From a candidate division FCPU426 bacterium (lineage in GTDB: Bacteria > Oederibacteriota > JAUXIB01), in NCBI GenBank assembly GCA_030621225.1, contig JAUXIB010000001.1:1253-65252 (forward strand): 64,000 nt of DNA, in the 5' to 3' direction. Shown piece after piece: positions 20,438 through 29,288 of the stretch; the first letter of the stretch is position 1, and each line of letters begins with the position of its first letter. The position numbers were made by a program, and so were the translations under genes. The notes under the pieces are model-generated. The model was not told the DNA's origin. It ran no database searches and saw only the letters and a list, made by a program, of their open reading frames with translations.

Positions 20438-21600
20438 AAAGCAACCCGAACCCCGAACACGGGACACGGGACGCGGGATATGGGGTCGGAGCAAACAACG
20501 ATTTGCGCCTGGTTTTTTGGGAAACTACGGCTGCCTGTAATTTGCACTGTCGGCATTGTCGTCGCTTGGATGATGTAGAGCAGGCGCTCGAGGATCAGCT
20601 GGATACGGCGCAGGCTAAGCGGCTTATCGACCAGATAGCTGAGCTGGCGGAAGCACAGGCAAGGCAGAAAGGACACGGGACACGGGACACGGGACACGGG
20701 ACGAACAAAGTCATTCTCGTTCTTTCCGGTGGCGAGCCTCTGATGCGGCAGGATGTTTTTGAGTTGGCCCGTTATGCGGTGAGTAAAGAACTGACCGTGG
20801 CCATGGCCACTAATGGCACGCCGGTGGACGAGGATAAGGCACGGCTGATCGCGGCATCGGGTATCAAGCGGGTAAGCGTCAGCCTGGACGGTGCGCTGGC
20901 TGAGACACACGATAATTTTCGTGGTGAACAGGGCTCGTTTGCAGGAGCGCTGCGTGGTTTTCGCCTGGTGAAGCAGGCGGGGGTGGAAGCGCAGATCAAT
21001 TTTTCGCTGGCCAAGCAGAATGAGCGGGAACTACCCCAGTTGTATGACCTGGCAGTGCGCGAGGGAGCGTGCGCGCTGCACATCTTTATGCTGGTGCCGG
21101 TGGGTTGCGGACTTGAGCTCAGCGAGGCGGACATGCTGAACCCAGATGACTATGAGCGGGTGATGGGTTGGATCTATGAGCAGAGCCGTTCGGGGAAGAT
21201 ACAGCTCAAGGTGACCTGCGGGCCGCACTATTACCGGGTGATCCGCGAGCAGGCCAAGCAGCGGGGCGAAGAACTCAACGTACAGACACACGGTATGGAG
21301 GCGGTAACCAGGGGCTGTCTGGGGGGTATTTCAGTCTGTTTTGTTTCTTCTTTGGGGGAAGTATTTCCCTGCGGCTATTTGCCCACGGCGGCGGGCAACG
21401 TCACCAAGCAGAGCTTGAAGGAGATATGGGAAAAATCCGAGGTGTTTCAGCAGTTGCGTGATTACAGCCTGCTGGAGGGGAAGTGCGGCGTTTGCGGTTA
21501 TCGCAAGGTCTGCGGCGGCTGTCGCGCGCGCGCTTACGCCAAGACCGGTAATATGCTCTCTGAGGAACCATTCTGCGCGTACATACCGAAGAGCAAGTGA
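20422..21600 (+). CDS. Radical SAM protein with a C-terminal SPASM domain; a peptide- or cofactor-maturase class.
   Basis: CNLHCRHC (CxxxCxxC), the SAM motif LSGGEPL, and SPASM cysteines CGPHYY...CGVCGYRKVCGGCRARAY. There are in-frame GHGTRD heptamer-repeat insertions. An alternative TTG start lies at ~20503. Confidence 0.75.
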   Translation: MSGELESNPNPEHGTRDAGYGVGANNDLRLVFWETTAACNLHCRHCRRLDDVEQALEDQLDTAQAKRLIDQIAELAEAQARQKGHGTRDTGHGTNKVILVLSGGEPLMRQDVFELARYAVSKELTVAMATNGTPVDEDKARLIAASGIKRVSVSLDGALAETHDNFRGEQGSFAGALRGFRLVKQAGVEAQINFSLAKQNERELPQLYDLAVREGACALHIFMLVPVGCGLELSEADMLNPDDYERVMGWIYEQSRSGKIQLKVTCGPHYYRVIREQAKQRGEELNVQTHGMEAVTRGCLGGISVCFVSSLGEVFPCGYLPTAAGNVTKQSLKEIWEKSEVFQQLRDYSLLEGKCGVCGYRKVCGGCRARAYAKTGNMLSEEPFCAYIPKSK

Positions 21601-21790
21601 AAAAGAGTTTTTTCCACCACAAAGACACAAAGAACACCAAGTATTCACGAAGAGGAGTTCCTTGGGTGTTCTCTTTGTGACCTTCGTGTCTTAGTGGTTA
21701 AAATACCTATTTTAAACCGGCTAAACCTTCCTACTTCAAATTTCGTTATACTATATATCAGGGGGTTAAGCCGGCTAAGAGGGAGTCCGG

Positions 21791-22375
21791 TTGGTGGATA
21801 AATCCATAGAATTATTAGTTAAGCAGGCCAAACAAGGCAATCCGGAAGCCTTTGAAAAGCTGGTAGTGCTCTACCGGCAGAGGATCTATCGTGTGGCTTT
21901 CCGCGTGGTGCGGGAGAAAGAAAGCGCGTTGGATGTGGCCCAGGAAGTTTTTATCAGAGTCCATGCTGAGTTAAAGAACTGCCGGGGAGAGGCGGCTTTT
22001 GAGGGGTGGCTCTATAGGTTGGTTACTAATCTTGCTATTGACCATTATCGTCGGGCCAGGAAGCGCCGCTGCCTGTCTCTTTTTAAGGACTTTGCGGGAA
22101 AGGAAAGCCCGGAGCGCGTTTTAGAGGCCGGCCGGGCGAACGAGCGGCTGGGCAGAGCCTTGGATAGCTTGACTGACCGCCAGCGGCAAATATTTGTGCT
22201 GAAGCATTATCAGGGATTGAGCATCGTCGAGATCGCCGGGGTGATCCGCGCGGCGGAGGGAACGGTGAAAGCTACGCTGCATCAAGCGGTTGGTAAGATG
22301 AGGAATTTTTTGCTGGATGAAGCTAAAAGGGACGCGGGACCCGGGACACGGGACTCGGGACCCGCAAAGGGTTGA
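21791..22375 (+). CDS. ECF sigma factor.
   Basis: Region 2 (GWLYRLVTNLAIDHYRRARKR) and region 4 (LSIVEIAGVIRAAEGTVKATLHQAVGKMR). The C-terminal tail is encoded by a CACGGGA-type repeat. Confidence 0.8.
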   Translation: MVDKSIELLVKQAKQGNPEAFEKLVVLYRQRIYRVAFRVVREKESALDVAQEVFIRVHAELKNCRGEAAFEGWLYRLVTNLAIDHYRRARKRRCLSLFKDFAGKESPERVLEAGRANERLGRALDSLTDRQRQIFVLKHYQGLSIVEIAGVIRAAEGTVKATLHQAVGKMRNFLLDEAKRDAGPGTRDSGPAKG

Positions 22376-22376
22376 C

Positions 22377-23399
22377 ATGGACTGCGACAAGGTAAAAGAA
22401 AGACTAGCACTCTACTTCTACGGCGAGAGTGGCGGTGAAACGCGAGCCATAAAGGCACATCTGAAAAAATGCCCGGTTTGTCGTAGTGAGTTTGCGGAGC
22501 TGAAGCAAGTCGGGAAGCTGGCGGACGGGATGGAGATACCGCCGGTGGGCGACGGGGAATGGGTCCGTTTTGCTGACAATGTGCGGCAGGGCATCGTTTC
22601 CCGCCCGCTACACGGGCGTTTTCTGCGTCCCCTTGTGCTTTGGCCTGCTCTGGCCGCGGCCGCGGCGGCGTTTATTTTGCATCTTCAGTTTACTCCCGCG
22701 GAGAAGATAAGCGGCGAGACCGTACCTGTTTGTGGTGATCAGCTGGCCCTTGCCGAAGATAGCTCGGCTGAAGAGTCGGCGGCGCGAGTGGGGGCCGCCG
22801 CGGAGTTTCAACTGAGCGAGCCAACGAAGAAGCAAGCGCCGCGGATAGAGCTTGCCGCGCAGGCGCCGGCTGCGATGGAAAAAGACGAGGAAACCGCTCA
22901 GGTTGTCCGGGAGCCAGAGTTCGCTTCTGGAGAAACGATCGATCAGCGACCGTTGGGGTTCGTTCGGCCGGGAGCGGCGCTGCCGGGACCAGCGGCAATG
23001 GACGCCGCCGGGACCACACAGCGTCCCGTCGCTGTCGCGAGCTGCAAAGATGGTAAGGGGGACGACGCAGGGGATATCCCCCGCCCGGAACCGACGGCAA
23101 GCGCTACGCCGTTGAGAGACAGGATAGTCTTGAAAAATAATAAGATAAACCCGTTATTGGGAGATAAGGCGACCATCGTTTACCGTTTGCCGGAAGGTGG
23201 CCGCGTACGTCTGGCGGTCTATAACAGCCTGGGGGAACTGATGCTTGTCCTCTATCAGGGAGAGAGGAATGCCGGGACGTTTGAAGAGTACTGGGAAGGC
23301 GCCAATCGGGCGGGTGCTGTGGTTAGCGCCGGCATCTATTTTGTTAGTATTGAAACGCCCTCCTATAACGAGCGGCGTAAGATAGTAGTGGTAAAGTAG
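22377..23399 (+). CDS. Anti-sigma factor with a zf-HC2 domain, one TM helix, an acidic Ala/Pro-rich linker, and a C-terminal T9SS-type (FlgD-Ig-like) sorting domain.
   Basis: HLKKCPVCRSEF motif and TM helix LVLWPALAAAAAAFILHL. The C-terminal ~85 aa (NNKINPLLGDKATIVYRL...VYNSLGEL...WEGANRAG..SAGIYFVSIET...KIVVVK) align with the C-termini of four neighbouring proteins. Confidence 0.65.
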   Translation: MDCDKVKERLALYFYGESGGETRAIKAHLKKCPVCRSEFAELKQVGKLADGMEIPPVGDGEWVRFADNVRQGIVSRPLHGRFLRPLVLWPALAAAAAAFILHLQFTPAEKISGETVPVCGDQLALAEDSSAEESAARVGAAAEFQLSEPTKKQAPRIELAAQAPAAMEKDEETAQVVREPEFASGETIDQRPLGFVRPGAALPGPAAMDAAGTTQRPVAVASCKDGKGDDAGDIPRPEPTASATPLRDRIVLKNNKINPLLGDKATIVYRLPEGGRVRLAVYNSLGELMLVLYQGERNAGTFEEYWEGANRAGAVVSAGIYFVSIETPSYNERRKIVVVK

Positions 23400-23412
23400 C
23401 CAGGGGATCACC

Positions 23413-25746
23413 ATGCGTTTCTCAAGCAGAATACTTATTATCACCTGTTTCGTTCTGTTGCTGGTCGCCGGTAAAGCAGAAGCATATACCGTGGTATTTC
23501 CTGATCCTAACCTTGAGGTGGCGATAAGAAGTGCGATCGGGAAACCCGTGGGTGATATAGATAATACCGAGCTCATCGGTCTCACCACGCTAACTGCTTC
23601 TTATAGCGGTATCGCCGATCTGACCGGGTTAGAGGAATGCGTGGATCTTATATACATAAACTTCTGGGGTAATTCAATATCCGACATTAGCCCGTTGTCT
23701 GGTCTGAGCAACTTGCAGGGCCTTCTTTTTCGAGATAATTCCATTAGTGATATCAGCGCACTGTCTGGGTTGATCAACTTACAGACCATTGGGTTCAACT
23801 CTAATTCCATTAGTGATATCAGCGCGCTGTCGGGGTTGACCAACTTACAGACCATTAGGTTCTACTCTAATTCCATCAGCGATATCAGCGCGCTGTCGGG
23901 GTTGGTGAACCTGACCGATGTTTGGCTCGAATGGAATGCCATCAGCGATGTAACTGCTCTAGTGGCGAATTGCGACGCGGGGGGGCTCGGTGCAGGTGAC
24001 GCTGTGTATATCAGGAACAATCCCTTGAGTGCCCAGGCCGAAAACGTTGATATACCATATTTGCAGGGCAAGGGTGTCTTTGTACAGTACGGGGATTATA
24101 CGATGACTACAACGCTAACGCTTACAGCTGCTATTTCCACCACTCATACTCCCACACCGACAAGCAGCGTCACCTCGACAGTTACTCCCACAGCGACAGT
24201 CAGCGCTACCTCGACAATCAGCGCAACGGTGACCCCAACCCAGCAGGTGGTTGTTTTTCCTGATAGTGGCTTGCAAGCGGCTGTCAGGAGCGCCATTGGT
24301 AAGCCGGCGGGGGACATATACAAGACGGACCTGATCGGACTTACTCTTCTGGACGCGCACGGCTCGGGTATCAGCGATCTGACCGGGCTGGAGGAATGCT
24401 CTGATCTAGCCAGCCTTTTTCTTGCCGATAACAGCATCGTTGATCTTGCGCCGCTCTCTGGGCTGGGTAATCTTACCTATCTGGAACTGTCCTCGAATTC
24501 CATTAGCGATCTTAGCCCGCTGGCCGGGTTGACGGGCCTGGGTAACCTGTTGCTGGACAGCAATTCTATTAGTGGGCTCGGACCGTTGAGCGGTTTGACC
24601 TCGTTGACCAACCTAACCTTGAGTGGTAACTCGATTAGTGACGCTACGGCCCTGGGTTCTCTTACGACCTTGAAAGGTCTGAATCTGAATAATAATTTAT
24701 TGGCAAACCTCGCGGCGCTTTCCGCGCTTACAGTGTTGACCAGTCTTTCACTGGATGACAACTCTGTAAGTAATGTAAGTCCGCTTGCTGCGCTGACGGA
24801 GTTAACCAGTCTGGGGCTGAATGCTAATTCCCTAGCGGATATTTCCGCTTTGTCCGGGCTGATCAAGCTGACCCAGTTATATCTGCAGGAAAATTCTATA
24901 GTTGATATCAGTTCCTTGGCGGGGCTGCTCAAGTTAGATAATCTTTTGTTGAGGAATAATTCTATCAGTGAAGTGAGCTCGCTGGTGACGAACTGTGACG
25001 CGAGCGGTCTAGAGGGAGGCGACTGGGTGGATTTGCGGGGGAATCCCTTGGAGTCGCAGGCGTTGAATACGGATGTTCCCTATTTGCTAAGCAAGAGCAT
25101 CAACGTGATGTATGACCTTCCCCCGACGCCAACGCCAACGCCGACAGTGCGCTTGTCGGTAACGGTGCGGGCCTGTCCGGGGCAGGAAGATTATCTCCAG
25201 TTGCGCATGAGTTCTATTGACGCTTCATTCGTGGATTGTGATAGCGCTTACTTCCAAGTATATCTGCAAGCTTCTGCGGGGGTTCCGCTGAGCGTGAGCG
25301 CGGCAGCCGGTGACGGTAAAAGTTGTTGGGCGCGTTACTATCCTGAGCCTGGCTGGCGGGATATCGACGTTGTCTACGCTTATGCCAGGGACGACGAAGG
25401 TTCCTGGGGTGTGTCTAACGGAAGTTTCCAGCGGGAAATATGCTCGGAAGGCGGGGCAGTCATGCGCAACAACAAGATATATCCGCTTAAGAACGATCAG
25501 CCCGTGGTGGTGCAGTTTAACGCCAAGGGGCGATGCCGTGTTGCTGTCTATAACCAGGCCGGCGAGGTGGTGGCGGGCCTGCTGGGGGACGGCAGCGCCG
25601 CTATGATCTCGTTATCTGAGGGTACACACCAGGTTAGCTGGGGCGGGGAATCACGGATCGGGTCGTTGGTGTCAAGCGGCATATATACCATTGTGGTAGA
25701 GACCCCGGATTACGTGAAGAAGTTTAAGGTGGTTGTGATCAAGTAG
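23413..25746 (+). CDS. Secreted leucine-rich-repeat protein with two LRR modules, Thr/Ser/Pro linkers, a conserved pre-CTD domain and the CTD.
   Basis: Signal peptide, and 22-residue repeats of the form NSISDIS.LSGL.NL. It has a duplicated N-cap (VVFPD..L..A.RSAIGKP) and the C-terminal KFKVVVIK sorting domain. Confidence 0.7.
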   Translation: MRFSSRILIITCFVLLLVAGKAEAYTVVFPDPNLEVAIRSAIGKPVGDIDNTELIGLTTLTASYSGIADLTGLEECVDLIYINFWGNSISDISPLSGLSNLQGLLFRDNSISDISALSGLINLQTIGFNSNSISDISALSGLTNLQTIRFYSNSISDISALSGLVNLTDVWLEWNAISDVTALVANCDAGGLGAGDAVYIRNNPLSAQAENVDIPYLQGKGVFVQYGDYTMTTTLTLTAAISTTHTPTPTSSVTSTVTPTATVSATSTISATVTPTQQVVVFPDSGLQAAVRSAIGKPAGDIYKTDLIGLTLLDAHGSGISDLTGLEECSDLASLFLADNSIVDLAPLSGLGNLTYLELSSNSISDLSPLAGLTGLGNLLLDSNSISGLGPLSGLTSLTNLTLSGNSISDATALGSLTTLKGLNLNNNLLANLAALSALTVLTSLSLDDNSVSNVSPLAALTELTSLGLNANSLADISALSGLIKLTQLYLQENSIVDISSLAGLLKLDNLLLRNNSISEVSSLVTNCDASGLEGGDWVDLRGNPLESQALNTDVPYLLSKSINVMYDLPPTPTPTPTVRLSVTVRACPGQEDYLQLRMSSIDASFVDCDSAYFQVYLQASAGVPLSVSAAAGDGKSCWARYYPEPGWRDIDVVYAYARDDEGSWGVSNGSFQREICSEGGAVMRNNKIYPLKNDQPVVVQFNAKGRCRVAVYNQAGEVVAGLLGDGSAAMISLSEGTHQVSWGGESRIGSLVSSGIYTIVVETPDYVKKFKVVVIK

Positions 25747-25884
25747 ACGGCATACCCTACTTCGCTCTTTCGGAGCTTCGTAGAGCAAGCAGGATACGGG
25801 ATACAGGAAACCGGAAGCAGGATAAGGAATTCTGAGTTCTGAATTATGAATTATGAATGAGGCAGGCAGGGGGAGGGAGCGGAT

Positions 25885-26322
25885 ATGAAAAAAGCATTTA
25901 GTGCTGCGATGGTTGTTGGTTTGTTGTTGGTCACTACTGCTATTGCGCACGAGCCTGCGAAGGAGCAGAAGGAGAAGCACTTGCGTGTAAACGCGCAGGC
26001 GAACGCCTTCCTGGCCAAGGAATTGGGTGTGCCGCTGGCGGCGATACAGAACGCGCGTGGTATGGATTATCCCTTTAGCAATACGCTTTTCTTTGCGGTG
26101 GTGATTTCTCAGACCAGGGGCAAGGCAAAGATGAAGGACGTGGTTGTGCTCAGCGAAGCGGGGAGAAGCTGGGGGGAGATCTGTGAGCAGTATGGGTTGG
26201 ATTACGAGGTAATGGTTACGGAGAGAAGACGTGTTCTTAAGAGGATGCGGCAGGCAGGGATCGAAGTACCCGGTGTAACGGACGAGGAGTGGCAGAAATT
26301 ATTTGATTTAAAACCGGAGTGA
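25885..26322 (+). CDS. Small secreted protein of an unknown family; paralog of the gene at 28754.
   Basis: Signal peptide. The motifs VNAFLAKELGVPLAAI and DYPFS..FFFAVV.SQ.KGKAKMKDV are shared with the paralog. Confidence 0.5.
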   Translation: MKKAFSAAMVVGLLLVTTAIAHEPAKEQKEKHLRVNAQANAFLAKELGVPLAAIQNARGMDYPFSNTLFFAVVISQTRGKAKMKDVVVLSEAGRSWGEICEQYGLDYEVMVTERRRVLKRMRQAGIEVPGVTDEEWQKLFDLKPE

Positions 26323-26328
26323 TTTGGC

Positions 26329-28608
26329 GTGAGAATTTTTGTTCTGACAACGATTTTTTTGTTATTTCCAGTGTTAACAGGCTGGGCAATCCCGGTTTAT
26401 AACGGTGACACCCTCACCGATGATGACTGGCCGATGTTTGGCGGAAATATCCATCATACAGGGGTCGGCAAGGACCTGCCCAACTTTAAGAGTATGCAGC
26501 TCTGCGGTCAGAGATCGTTGGGGGGAGGATGGATAAAAAGCCAGCCGATAGCTGTGGCGGGAAGACTTTACGCTAATACGGAAGGGGGCTACACATACAG
26601 CTTGAATATCCATGATCTGAGCGCTCCGCCCTACTGGGTCAAAAACGTGGGCGGGGGTGTTTTTACCTCTCCTTTGTATTACAAGGGTAATGTTTATATT
26701 TTGGATCGTAATTCTCAGTTGTCGGCGTTTGACATTGACGGTAACTTGCTATGGACTTATACGGGTACCGCCAGTTATTATGCCAATCAGAACTCTCCCA
26801 TCGCTGCTAATGGCGTCATTTATTTCGGTGATATGATGGGAATAGTTTATGCGATAAATACGGATGGCACCCTCCGCTGGGGTAGGGCGCTGTATGATCG
26901 CGTACATACTGAAGCGGTCTATGATGTTGAGCGGGAACGTATTTACATCGGAGCTTCCAGCGGCAAGATTTATGTTCTGGATGCAGGGGACAACCCCGCT
27001 ACCTGGGGCAAGGTGGTTGGGATGGATGATATAGGAGGAGACATGCTTTATGGGGGCCTGTCTTTTTACAAGGGTGCTACATCGGCGGATGATAAGGTGA
27101 TCAGCGGCGGGGAGGACGGTCATGTGCATTCCTTTCGGGCGGAGCCCTTTGCTTTTTTGGATTCGTACGCTACTGGCGGTACCATTACTGCCGCCCCGGC
27201 TATCAAGGACGGTAGGGTTTATGTGGCCTCAAATTCGCATCGTGTCTATGGGCTTGACCTGTTAGCTGACGGTAGCTTTGCTGATGTATGTTATTCATTG
27301 AGCAATAATAATTATCCCAAACAGAGCCCCTGTATTATAGTAGCCTGTGAAATTATTGCTTCCGGTTGCCATGGGGACAGGGTTATTATGCGGTGTACGG
27401 ACTGTGAAACAGTGTGGTATGAGGATACTACCGCGGATACATGGGGGGGCTTGATATCGCACGAGGGGAAGATCGCGGTGACCGGCAAGAACGTGATCTT
27501 CACTTATTGCCCGGTGCTCGATATCCCTACGCTTACAGCAAGTATGACCTCTACTGTTACGCCCAGCGTGACTCCGACCGCCAGTCCCACTGCTACTATT
27601 AGCGCCAGTATTACCGCCAGTGTCACCCCCAGCATGACACCCAGTGCTACCCCTACCTTTACCTCCACTGTAACTTCTACTGCCACTGTTACCATAACCG
27701 CTACTGCTACCGTAACCGTCACCGGTACCTGGACAGAGACCGGCACGGTTACCAAGACCAGTACCGACACACTGGTGTTTACTCCCACTAATACTCTTAC
27801 TGTGACCGGTACTAACACTTTTACTTTGACCTGTACTGATAGTGTTACGCTTACCGATACGCCTACGGCAAGTCCGAGCCATACTTCTGTTGCTACGTTT
27901 ACCGACACGCCTACGGCAAGTTCGAGTCATACGCCCAGTGCTACGCGGACGGTTACTCCGACAGCTACTCTCACTGGCACCATGACTCCTTCTTCTACCG
28001 CAACTTTTACTATTACCTGTGAGGTGGAACCACCACAGCTATCGGTAAAGGTGGTCTTTGACCCGGAGCGCTCGGATGATCTGATGCTGATCATGAAGTC
28101 CTCCGAGCCGGTGGATTGCTCCCAAAGCTATTTCGAAGCCTATCCGCATTCGTATCCACGGGATAAGCGGGAGTGCCGTGAGGTCACCCAGGTGGACGAG
28201 ACCACCTGCCAGTGCTACCTGCCGCGCGAGGTGGGATTCGGTGATCTCGCTAAAGTCTACGCTTATGCCGTTGATCACTGCGGCAACCAGGGGGTCTCTG
28301 ACGGGGAGTTTGAGCTGGAGGTGATCCCGGATTCGGGAGTGGTGATAACCAGCAACAAGATCCGTCCGGGAAGCTGCGCCGGGATAATCTACCAGCTGGA
28401 GGACGCGACGCGGGTGGAGATAAAGATCTACAATCTGGCCGGGGAACTGATAAAGGTGATCCAGAACGGCAATCAGCCGGCGGGACGTTACCAGGAAGAA
28501 TGGTGCGGAGGTAACCAGGCAAATGAATTTGTGGCCAGCGGTATTTATGTCGTATATATACGCACGGATTTCTACGAGGTGACGGAGAAGATAGTGGTGC
28601 TGAAATAG
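26329..28608 (+). CDS. Secreted PQQ-repeat beta-propeller protein with a ~170-aa Thr/Ser-rich linker, a Cys-containing conserved domain and the CTD.
   Basis: GTG start with signal peptide. The N-terminus has the DDDWPMFGGNIHHTG motif and repeated Y.G.....YALD propeller blades. The TS-rich region spans 27.53-28.02 kb, and the gene ends KIVVLK. Confidence 0.7.
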   Translation: MRIFVLTTIFLLFPVLTGWAIPVYNGDTLTDDDWPMFGGNIHHTGVGKDLPNFKSMQLCGQRSLGGGWIKSQPIAVAGRLYANTEGGYTYSLNIHDLSAPPYWVKNVGGGVFTSPLYYKGNVYILDRNSQLSAFDIDGNLLWTYTGTASYYANQNSPIAANGVIYFGDMMGIVYAINTDGTLRWGRALYDRVHTEAVYDVERERIYIGASSGKIYVLDAGDNPATWGKVVGMDDIGGDMLYGGLSFYKGATSADDKVISGGEDGHVHSFRAEPFAFLDSYATGGTITAAPAIKDGRVYVASNSHRVYGLDLLADGSFADVCYSLSNNNYPKQSPCIIVACEIIASGCHGDRVIMRCTDCETVWYEDTTADTWGGLISHEGKIAVTGKNVIFTYCPVLDIPTLTASMTSTVTPSVTPTASPTATISASITASVTPSMTPSATPTFTSTVTSTATVTITATATVTVTGTWTETGTVTKTSTDTLVFTPTNTLTVTGTNTFTLTCTDSVTLTDTPTASPSHTSVATFTDTPTASSSHTPSATRTVTPTATLTGTMTPSSTATFTITCEVEPPQLSVKVVFDPERSDDLMLIMKSSEPVDCSQSYFEAYPHSYPRDKRECREVTQVDETTCQCYLPREVGFGDLAKVYAYAVDHCGNQGVSDGEFELEVIPDSGVVITSNKIRPGSCAGIIYQLEDATRVEIKIYNLAGELIKVIQNGNQPAGRYQEEWCGGNQANEFVASGIYVVYIRTDFYEVTEKIVVLK

Positions 28609-28753
28609 CTCGAAGGAATTCTGAATTCTGAGTTATGAATTATGAAAACGGTGGTCAGTGAGCAGCTTGCCCAGAGCGTACTAACGCGAATGGTACAGGG
28701 ATACTAGATACGAGATACTGGCATCGCCTAAAGGTAAGTGTGGGAGGAGCACT

Positions 28754-29209
28754 ATGAAAGTCAAGCGGAACGGCAGAGCACTGGTTTCTATATTGATGTT
28801 TAATTTTTTTCTGCTTAGTGCAGCCCATGCATATGAGCCGGCCGAAGCGGAAAAGGTCCACTATGCCCGCGTCAATGGGCAGGTTAACGCTTTCTTGGCG
28901 AAAGAACTGGGGGTGCCTCTTGCCGCTATAAAGCAAGCCCGTGATAGAGATTATCCCTTTAGTTATGCTTTTTTCTTTGCGGTGGTAGTAAGCCAGGGGA
29001 AGGGCAAAGCAAAGATGAAGGACGTTCTGGATATGCACGACGAGGGAGTGACTTGGGGTGAAATTTGTATCGAGTTCGGTCTGGATTTGCGGGTGCTGAG
29101 CGAGGAGATGAAGCGAGTTTTTAGAAAAATGATTGACTCCGGTCTGGACGTTCCGCCCCAGACTTATAAGGAAAGAAAAAAGTTATTTGAGATTGGGCCA
29201 AAAAAATAG
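28754..29209 (+). CDS. Small secreted protein; paralog of the gene at 25885.
   Basis: 151 aa with a signal peptide and the same conserved motifs. Confidence 0.5.
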   Translation: MKVKRNGRALVSILMFNFFLLSAAHAYEPAEAEKVHYARVNGQVNAFLAKELGVPLAAIKQARDRDYPFSYAFFFAVVVSQGKGKAKMKDVLDMHDEGVTWGEICIEFGLDLRVLSEEMKRVFRKMIDSGLDVPPQTYKERKKLFEIGPKK

Positions 29210-29288
29210 GAAAGACTGTTTTACTCATAGTCTGCACCCGGTAACACGGTGCATACGGGCTAGACTAACCAAATTACGGATCACGACG

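Noticed and set aside
21458-21694. 78-aa plus-strand ORF and the minus-strand ORFs at 21331-21648 overlapping the 3' end of the radical-SAM gene; a possible precursor peptide.
   Set aside because: They overlap the SPASM-domain coding region in other frames, have no ribosome-binding site, and have Arg/Ala-rich antisense-type composition. No convincing short precursor ORF was found.
27295-27930. Minus-strand ORFs (211 aa and a 134-aa V-x-V repeat protein) inside the propeller gene.
   Set aside because: They are antisense to the ACC/ACT-rich Thr/Ser linker codons; GGT and AGT give a Val/Gly repeat artefact. The same applies to 38113-38445, 30399-31046, 28039-28522 and 24115-24437.
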